Positions 47,373 to 53,561 of a stretch of 56,924 nucleotides of DNA are shown one piece after another. Under the pieces are notes generated by a model, which did no database searches, had not been told where the DNA came from, and was given only the letters and a program-made list of their open reading frames with translations. Source of the stretch: Paludibacter sp. (lineage in GTDB: Bacteria > Bacteroidota > Bacteroidia > Bacteroidales > Paludibacteraceae); assembly GCA_037144275.1 (NCBI GenBank), contig JBAWXD010000001.1, positions 1-56,924 on the forward strand. Reading direction: 5' to 3'. The stretch's first letter is position 1. Every line of letters starts with the position of its first letter. The position numbers and the translations under genes are program-made.

Positions 47373-47421
47373 TAAGTCTTATGTCTAATGTCAAACGACT
47401 TTTGTCTTTTGACCTTTGAAT
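47373..47421. repeat. Seven-unit 7-bp-period array filling the pstC-pstA spacer
   Basis: TAAGTCT TATGTCT AATGTCA AACGACT TTTGTCT TTTGACC TTTGAAT; homologous to 46414-46476. Confidence 0.75.
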
Positions 47422-48608
47422 TATTGATATTTCTTTTTTCCTATAAATTCAATACTGATGCTGATTATCATGGTGATAATAAACAGAATAACACCCAACA
47501 TAAACAAAGCCTGATAGTGGCCGCCACCTGCAGCAGTTTCACCAAGTTCGGCTGCAATAGTAGCCGGAATGGTTCGAACGGGTTCGAGTAAAGTATGGGG
47601 AATTACAGCTGCATTACCTGTTACCATCAATACTGCCATTGTTTCACCTATTGCACGACCAATTCCGAGGACGGCAGCCGAAGTGATTCCGGATTTTGAG
47701 TAAGGAATAATTACTTTATAAATGGTTTGCCAGTGTGTTGCTCCCAAAGCCAGACTGGCTTCCTTCATGGCACGTGGCACGGTGCGCATGGCATCTTCGG
47801 CCACGGTAATAATTGTAGGCAAGGCCATGATTCCCAGTACTACGCTTCCTGCCAAAGCAGTTTCACCAACAGGCAGATTGAATAATCTTTGTAGAAACGG
47901 AACAATAATAACCAGTCCGAAGAAACCATAAACTACTGAAGGAATTCCTGCTAATAATTCAATTATGGGTTTCAGAATATTGCGCACTTTCATAGAAGCA
48001 ATTTCTGCCAGATAAACTGCCACGGCAATACCGAAAGGCAATGAAAGTAAAATAGCTCCCAAGCTCACCCACAATGTCCCAAGTAAAAGTGGTAATAAAC
48101 CATATTGAGGCGAAGGTGAAGCGGTAGGATACCATTCTTTACCACCGAAAAAGTCGCCTGGGTGAAGGGTCTCGTGCTTTAATAATGTACCGTTAAAGTT
48201 CTTTTTGATATAAGATGTTGGAAGAAACAGGATGATTCCGGGATGTTTTGCAGTCAGTTCACTGGCTTTAGCAGGTATGTTTTCGAAGTTAGAACCAAGT
48301 TCTGCTTCGGTATAATATTTTGTCAGGTCGCTCAATCGAACCAGTTCAATGGGCTCTTTTTTTCCACCCACTTCGTTCCAGTTACTGATTTTGCCATCAA
48401 AAATTTCTTTGATTTCATAAGATGTTAAATGCTTAACCGGATTAGTTTTGTTTAATGCGAGTTCATAGCCTTCTTCAATTACCGGACTGGTAAATAAGCC
48501 GGAAGCTTCTTTAAACAGAAAGATAATAATCAGCAAAATGGTAATACTGGTTACGCTTCCACTAATGAGTAATGCACCTTCAACCAGCTTTTCAAAAAAA
48601 CGTTTCAC
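47421..48608 (-). CDS. pstC: Phosphate ABC transporter permease PstC with a PstS-like periplasmic insert (GTG start)
   Basis: ELLAGIPSVVYG, EASLALGAT, GRAIGETMAV; periplasmic segment similar to PstS. Confidence 0.95.
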   Translation of the reverse strand: MKRFFEKLVEGALLISGSVTSITILLIIIFLFKEASGLFTSPVIEEGYELALNKTNPVKHLTSYEIKEIFDGKISNWNEVGGKKEPIELVRLSDLTKYYTEAELGSNFENIPAKASELTAKHPGIILFLPTSYIKKNFNGTLLKHETLHPGDFFGGKEWYPTASPSPQYGLLPLLLGTLWVSLGAILLSLPFGIAVAVYLAEIASMKVRNILKPIIELLAGIPSVVYGFFGLVIIVPFLQRLFNLPVGETALAGSVVLGIMALPTIITVAEDAMRTVPRAMKEASLALGATHWQTIYKVIIPYSKSGITSAAVLGIGRAIGETMAVLMVTGNAAVIPHTLLEPVRTIPATIAAELGETAAGGGHYQALFMLGVILFIITMIISISIEFIGKKKYQ

Positions 48609-48632
48609 TCTTTTTTTGTTTTAAATTCAGTA

Positions 48633-48689
48633 CAAAGAAACGGTAATCGTATTAAATCTGTATTACGAAGATATTACAAAGATGTTACA
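48633..48689 (-). promoter_or_regulatory. Pho-box promoter of pstCAB-phoU
   Basis: Minus-strand units TGTAACA (48689), TGTAATA (48678), CGTAATA (48667), TTTAATA (48656); -7 TTTCTTTG starts at 48640 (16 nt). Confidence 0.75.
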
Positions 48690-48776
48690 TTAGTTGTATC
48701 TTAGTTGCCTCTATTTTTTCTTATATATATTGTATAGAATTCACTGAAATACAGGTCTTTTAGAGAATAAATTATT

Positions 48777-48833
48777 TGTAACAAAAATGTAACAGGTTTG
48801 ACAAAACACTGTAATCTAATCGAAGTTCCTTTG
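48777..48833 (+). promoter_or_regulatory. Pho-box promoter of porin-pstS
   Basis: TGTAACA (48777), TGTAACA (48788), TGACAAA (48799), TGTAATC (48810); -7 TTCCTTTG at 48826 (16 nt). Confidence 0.75.
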
Positions 48834-48894
48834 CAGCGTGAAAATGAAACAAAACTAAAAACAAATTCAAATTCAACAATTAAATTAAAACAAA

Positions 48895-50271
48895 ATGAAA
48901 TTAAAAAGTTTAGCAATTATCGCATTGGGTCTGATTTGTTCGACCGTTGCTTTCTCTCAAGAAAAAGTGGACTCATTGGATGTTCATGAACAGCGTATCT
49001 CAAACCTGGAAGATGGTTTGATTCAACTTAAAAAACTGAAATTCAGTGGATATGTTCAATCTGAATGGCAGTTATCGGACATTGATGTGAATGGTAAAGC
49101 TTCACAGGATATGAAAGTTGGTGGTGGGGCTAATGCAGCTGAAAACCCATCAGTTGGAAGTGTTACCCCAGCAGGTTCTTCTTTTAGTCGTTTTGGCGTA
49201 CGTCGCGGTCGTTTAAAAGCAACTTATTCCGATTTCGGTTGTACTGGTGTTGTTTACATTGACGCTACAGAAAAAGGTGTTATACTAAAAGAAGCCTATG
49301 CAAGTGCATTAGATCCTTGGGCTGGAGTTGTAACGCTTAAAGGTGGTATTTTTAATCGTCCTTTCGGATATGAGATTGAGTATTCTTCTTCTTCTCGCGA
49401 AAGTCCTGAACGCAGTCGTGTAATTCAGACTTTATTCCCAAGCGAACGTGATTTAGGTGGTATGATTACGTTGCAAGCTCCTAAAGGTACTCCATTAAGT
49501 GTTTTAAAATTGGACTTGGGTTTATTAGCCGGTAATGCAATTGGTACTGATACTAAAAGCCAGAAAGATTTAATTGCACACTTAACTTATGGTAATTCAA
49601 CCGGAGATATTAAATACGGAATTGGTGCTTCATATTATGGTGGTGTTATTTTCCAACCAACAAATGTAGTGTATACTATGGCAAACAACGTTTTTGTTGC
49701 AGATAGTACTAAAGGAAATAAAAACGGTTATGCAAAACGTCAATATATAGGATTTGATGGTCAATTTAGTATGGCAACTGTTGCAGGTTTGACAAATATT
49801 CGTGCTGAATATATTTTCGGTACACAACCAGGAAGTAGTTCAAGTACAAGTAGTCCAAGTTTAGATGTGAAACCTACAGGTTATGGAACTGCTCCAACAG
49901 CCACAGTTACTGCTGATACCTACCTACGTAAATTTGTTGGTGGATATGTACAATTATCACAGGATATAGCTGATACAAAACATACCTTGACAGTAAAATA
50001 TGACTGGTATGATCCAAATACAGATGTATCAGGAGATAACATTGGAACACCTAAAGCTGGAACTAATCAAATTGCAACTTCAAAAGCTGATATCGCTTAT
50101 TCAACACTTGGAATTGGGTATTTGTATCGTTTGAACAATAATATTAAATTTATGGTTTACTATGATATGCCTGTAAACGAAACTTCTGCAAAATTATTGA
50201 CAGCCGGATCGGACTACAGAACTAAATTAGCAGCAAACTTGTTGACAGTTCGGATGCAGGTTAAATTCTAA
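48895..50271 (+). CDS. Phosphate-selective (OprO/OprP-like) porin
   Basis: Signal peptide, short coiled coil, KFSGYVQ, FGVRRGRLK Arg ladder, RPFGYE..ERS, terminal QVKF; directly upstream of pstS. Confidence 0.75.
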   Translation: MKLKSLAIIALGLICSTVAFSQEKVDSLDVHEQRISNLEDGLIQLKKLKFSGYVQSEWQLSDIDVNGKASQDMKVGGGANAAENPSVGSVTPAGSSFSRFGVRRGRLKATYSDFGCTGVVYIDATEKGVILKEAYASALDPWAGVVTLKGGIFNRPFGYEIEYSSSSRESPERSRVIQTLFPSERDLGGMITLQAPKGTPLSVLKLDLGLLAGNAIGTDTKSQKDLIAHLTYGNSTGDIKYGIGASYYGGVIFQPTNVVYTMANNVFVADSTKGNKNGYAKRQYIGFDGQFSMATVAGLTNIRAEYIFGTQPGSSSSTSSPSLDVKPTGYGTAPTATVTADTYLRKFVGGYVQLSQDIADTKHTLTVKYDWYDPNTDVSGDNIGTPKAGTNQIATSKADIAYSTLGIGYLYRLNNNIKFMVYYDMPVNETSAKLLTAGSDYRTKLAANLLTVRMQVKF

Positions 50272-50293
50272 ACCACTAAGCTTTAAAGGGGAA
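50272..50293 (+). repeat. Degenerate family A repeat after the porin stop
   Basis: ACCACTAAGCTTTAAAGGGGAA. Confidence 0.5.
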
Positions 50294-50379
50294 TAAGAGG
50301 AAAAATAATTATAAATAACAAACAAATTTCGGGTTCGTTAGATGGCGTATCCGAAATAAATAAAATTAAAAAAAACAAA

Positions 50380-51192
50380 ATGAAAAAACTTATTTTATCG
50401 CTTATGATGGTTTGCTCAATTGCACCCTCATTTTATGCACAGAAAATTAAAGGAAGTGACACTGTATTGCCACTGGCTCAGAAAGAAGCGGAAGTTTATG
50501 GTAAGAAAACCGGTAAATCAGTAACCGTTATTGGTGGTGGTAGTGGGGTTGGTATTGCTGCTCTGCTCGAAGGTACAACTGAGATAGCTATGTCGTCACG
50601 CAAAATGAAATTCGACGAAAAAGCCAAATGTCAGGAAGCCGGTAAATCAATTGTTGAGAAAATCATAGCTTATGATGCATTAGCTATCATTGTAAATCCG
50701 GGAAACCCTGTAAGTAAATTAACACGTGCTCAATTAGACGGAATATTTACAGGTAAAATCACAAACTGGAAACAAGTAGGTGGTGAAGATTTGAAAATCA
50801 CACCTTATGCTCGTGAAACAAGCTCAGGTACTTACGATTTTATCAAAGAATATGTATTGTTGAACAAAAACTATATGAGTTCAATCTTAAGTATGCCCGC
50901 TACCGGAGCTATCGTTCAGTCGGTTAGCCAAACCAAAGGTGCAATCGGTTATGTAGGATTGGCTTATTTAAATAAATCAGTTAAAGCATTACACGTTTCA
51001 TTCGATGGTAAAAACTATATCGAACCAAATGAAGTAACGGCTAAAAACAAAACTTATCCAATTATTCGTCCATTGTTTTTCTACTACGAGAAATCAAAGG
51101 AAAAAAACTATTTAGCCCTTGTAAACTTCGTGCTTTCAGCCGAAGGTCAGGCAATTGTTGAAAAAGTGGGTTATGTGCCTTTAACAAAATAA
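50380..51192 (+). CDS. pstS: Phosphate-binding periplasmic protein
   Basis: IKGSDT, GGGSGVGI, AMSSR, RETSSGT, GAIGYVG, YPIIRPLFFY. Confidence 0.95.
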   Translation: MKKLILSLMMVCSIAPSFYAQKIKGSDTVLPLAQKEAEVYGKKTGKSVTVIGGGSGVGIAALLEGTTEIAMSSRKMKFDEKAKCQEAGKSIVEKIIAYDALAIIVNPGNPVSKLTRAQLDGIFTGKITNWKQVGGEDLKITPYARETSSGTYDFIKEYVLLNKNYMSSILSMPATGAIVQSVSQTKGAIGYVGLAYLNKSVKALHVSFDGKNYIEPNEVTAKNKTYPIIRPLFFYYEKSKEKNYLALVNFVLSAEGQAIVEKVGYVPLTK

Positions 51193-51195
51193 GTT

Positions 51196-51220
51196 GTCCC
51201 CTAACCCCCTAAAGGGGAAA
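51196..51220 (+). repeat. Family A REP-like repeat after the pstS stop
   Basis: GTCCCCTAACCCCCTAAAGGGGAAA. Confidence 0.8.
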
Positions 51221-51225
51221 GTAAG

Positions 51226-51257
51226 AACCGCTATCGAAATTTCGATAGCGGTTTTTT
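51226..51257 (+). terminator. Intrinsic terminator after pstS
   Basis: AACCGCTATCGAAATTTCGATAGCGGTT palindrome followed by a T-run. Confidence 0.8.
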
Positions 51258-51271
51258 CTTTCTGCTTGATT

Positions 51272-51328
51272 TGTAACACTTTATTCACATCTCTGTTCTA
51301 ATGTTGCAATATTGTAGTAGTTACTTTG
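51272..51328 (+). promoter_or_regulatory. Pho-box promoter of the phosphoesterase-glycosyltransferase operon
   Basis: TGTAACA (51272), ATTCACA (51283), TGTTCTA (51294), TGCAATA (51305); -7 TTACTTTG at 51321 (16 nt). Confidence 0.65.
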
Positions 51329-51346
51329 CAAACAAAAACTACAACA

Positions 51347-52201
51347 ATGCACAATCAACAGTTTTATCCTACTATTGTTATATCCGATGTTCATTTAGGT
51401 ACTGAACACTCCAAAACCCGTGAACTGGCTGACTTTCTGAAAACCGTGAATTGTAATACGCTTATTCTGAATGGCGACATCATTGATGGCTGGCATTTAC
51501 AAAAAGGCGGTAAAGGCAAGTGGAAAAAAGAACATACCGATTTTTTCAAAATCATCATGAAAATGATGGAAAACCACAACACCCGGGTAATTTATATCCG
51601 TGGTAATCACGATGATTTTATTGATCATATTGCTCCCTTTGAATTTGCCAACATCTCTATCGAAAAAGATTACGTGCATGAGCGAAACGGCAAACGCTAT
51701 TATATCGTGCATGGTGATATTTTTGATAATATCACTTCTAATATGGTTTGGCTGGCAAAATTAGGCGATGTAGGCTATACCTTTCTGCTTTGGCTGAACC
51801 GTTTGTATAATATCTATCGTACCAAAAAGGGTTTACCTTATTTCTCACTTTCGCAAAGCATCAAGCAAAAAGTAAAATCAGCCGTTTCCTATGTCTCCAA
51901 TTACGAAAATGAACTGGTGGCACTGGCTCGCGTGAAACATGCCGATGGAATTATTTGCGGACACATTCATCAGCCTGCCGACAAAATAATTGACGGCATT
52001 CATTATCTGAATTCGGGTGATTGGGTTGAAACCATGTCGGCATTGCTCGAACATGAAGATGGAAGTTGGGAAGTGTATATGCATAATGAACACATGGCTG
52101 CACAACCAGAACCTATCGAAGTGATCCATCTGATTCAACCAATTCCTGCCAAAGGGATGAAAGTGGCTTTCTCAAATAATTTCTTTAATCCATTTTTCTA
52201 A
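51347..52201 (+). CDS. plcP: PlcP-like Mn-dependent phospholipase C (LpxH-like metallophosphoesterase)
   Basis: SDVHLG, GDIIDGW, GNHD, HGD.FD, WLAKLGD..Y, YFSLSQSIKQKVKSAV, CGHIH, YLNSGDWVE. Start placed at ATG 51347, downstream of the -7 element. Confidence 0.75.
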   Translation: MHNQQFYPTIVISDVHLGTEHSKTRELADFLKTVNCNTLILNGDIIDGWHLQKGGKGKWKKEHTDFFKIIMKMMENHNTRVIYIRGNHDDFIDHIAPFEFANISIEKDYVHERNGKRYYIVHGDIFDNITSNMVWLAKLGDVGYTFLLWLNRLYNIYRTKKGLPYFSLSQSIKQKVKSAVSYVSNYENELVALARVKHADGIICGHIHQPADKIIDGIHYLNSGDWVETMSALLEHEDGSWEVYMHNEHMAAQPEPIEVIHLIQPIPAKGMKVAFSNNFFNPFF

Positions 52202-52206
52202 ATACT

Positions 52207-53307
52207 ATGAAGTACTTATTTGTAGTTCAGGGCGAAGGTCGCGGGCATTTTACGCAAACCCTTAGCATGAAAGCTCTGCTGGAGCGAAACGGTCACGAAG
52301 TGGTGGCTGTGATGGTGGGTTGTAGTCCAAGACGTACCTTACCCGGTTTTTTTACCGAAAAAATAAATGCTGAACTGATTCGGTTTCAGAGTCCGAATTT
52401 TATGCCTACGCCCAAAGGCAAAGGTTCTCCCTTGTTAGTGAGCATTCTTTATAATTTGCTGTTATTGCCGGTTTATATTCAGAGTGTGTTTAAAATCCGA
52501 CAAACTATCCGCGAAACACAAGCCGATGTGGTGGTCAATTTCTATGAATTGTTATGCGGAATAACATACGGGATTTTTAACCCGGAAATACCTATGATGA
52601 ATGTGGCTCATCAGTATTATTTTTTGACTCCCTCTTTCGAATATACAGGCAACAATTCATTTCAGTTTAAGTTATTGAACTTCTACTCAAGACTTACAGC
52701 CTGGAATGCCACAAAAATCATGGCACTTTCATTCAGGGAAGAACCCACAATGCGTTATGGCAAAATAGTCCTTGTTCCACCGCTGCTCCGAAATGAAGTG
52801 TTGAATAAAAAACCGACTCAGGGTGATTATATTCATGGTTATCTTCTCAATAATGGGTATGTAGATGAGCTGATTAACTGGAGTATCGATCATATAAATG
52901 AGCAACTTCATTTCTTTTGGGATAATATTGATGAGGATGAAGAAATATTGATTCCTAATCTGACGATGCATCAACTCAGTGATACGGTATTTCTTAATTA
53001 TATGGCAGGTTGCAAGGCTTATGCTACTACCGGAGGATTTGAATCGGTATGTGAAGCTATATACCTGCAGAAACCGGTATTGATGGTTCCAACTCATATT
53101 GAGCAGGAATGTAATGTGATTGATGCCATGCGTTCAAGTGTTGGAGTTTCGGCGTTGGAATTTGATTTAAATCTATTACTTGATTTTGTTCCAACTTACA
53201 CGAAATCAATGGAATTCAGGTACTGGATACACACAGCTGAAGCTTTATTTGTGTATGAACTAACCAGGATTTATCCACAAAATTCAGAAATTTTGGTCGC
53301 TTTATAA
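52207..53307 (+). CDS. GT-B glycosyltransferase, MJ1255/VC2487-like (Glyco_trans_1_3 / GT28-like)
   Basis: VQGEGRGH N-terminal motif, VVNFYE, AHQY, TGGFESVCEA..LQKP.LMVP..EQ.CN. Confidence 0.8.
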   Translation: MKYLFVVQGEGRGHFTQTLSMKALLERNGHEVVAVMVGCSPRRTLPGFFTEKINAELIRFQSPNFMPTPKGKGSPLLVSILYNLLLLPVYIQSVFKIRQTIRETQADVVVNFYELLCGITYGIFNPEIPMMNVAHQYYFLTPSFEYTGNNSFQFKLLNFYSRLTAWNATKIMALSFREEPTMRYGKIVLVPPLLRNEVLNKKPTQGDYIHGYLLNNGYVDELINWSIDHINEQLHFFWDNIDEDEEILIPNLTMHQLSDTVFLNYMAGCKAYATTGGFESVCEAIYLQKPVLMVPTHIEQECNVIDAMRSSVGVSALEFDLNLLLDFVPTYTKSMEFRYWIHTAEALFVYELTRIYPQNSEILVAL

Positions 53308-53344
53308 AAATACTCCTTTAATTTTGTATATTGCGTTTTTGTGG

Positions 53345-53374
53345 AAAAAAGCTGCCTGTGAAGGTGGCTTTTTT
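53345..53374 (+). terminator. Intrinsic terminator
   Basis: AAAAAAGCTGCCT-gtga-AGGTGGCTTTTTT. Confidence 0.75.
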
Positions 53375-53483
53375 GTTGAATTGATATTCTCTATTATTAC
53401 TTTGTTTAGCGTTTTTTTTATTGAAATCGAATCATTAGTTGTAATTAGTACATTATTGATATTTGTATAATAATGTTTAAAAA

Positions 53484-53540
53484 TGTAATAGGAATTTAAT
53501 GGATTGTAAATGTTATTGCAACGACTATTACATAATTTTG
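53484..53540 (+). promoter_or_regulatory. Candidate Pho-box promoter of the TBDR operon
   Basis: TGTAATA (53484), TTTAATG (53495), GTAAATG (53506), TGCAACG (53517); -7 TAATTTTG at 53533 (16 nt). Confidence 0.55.
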
Positions 53541-53561
53541 CATGCATTATTAAAAACCTGG

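Noticed and set aside
46414-47421. pst spacer repeats and family A repeats as a possible CRISPR array
   Set aside because: No constant repeat with unique spacers of regular length, and no cas genes in the window.
51347-52201. Call as lipid A enzyme LpxH
   Set aside because: Motifs and the Pho/glycosyltransferase context fit the PlcP subgroup better. LpxH is not strictly excluded without a phylogeny.
53499-53561. Cys-rich N-terminal extension (MDCKCYC..) of the TBDR in the ORF track
   Set aside because: It overlaps the predicted promoter (-7 at 53533). The signal peptide starts at ATG 53562, so the extension is probably not translated.
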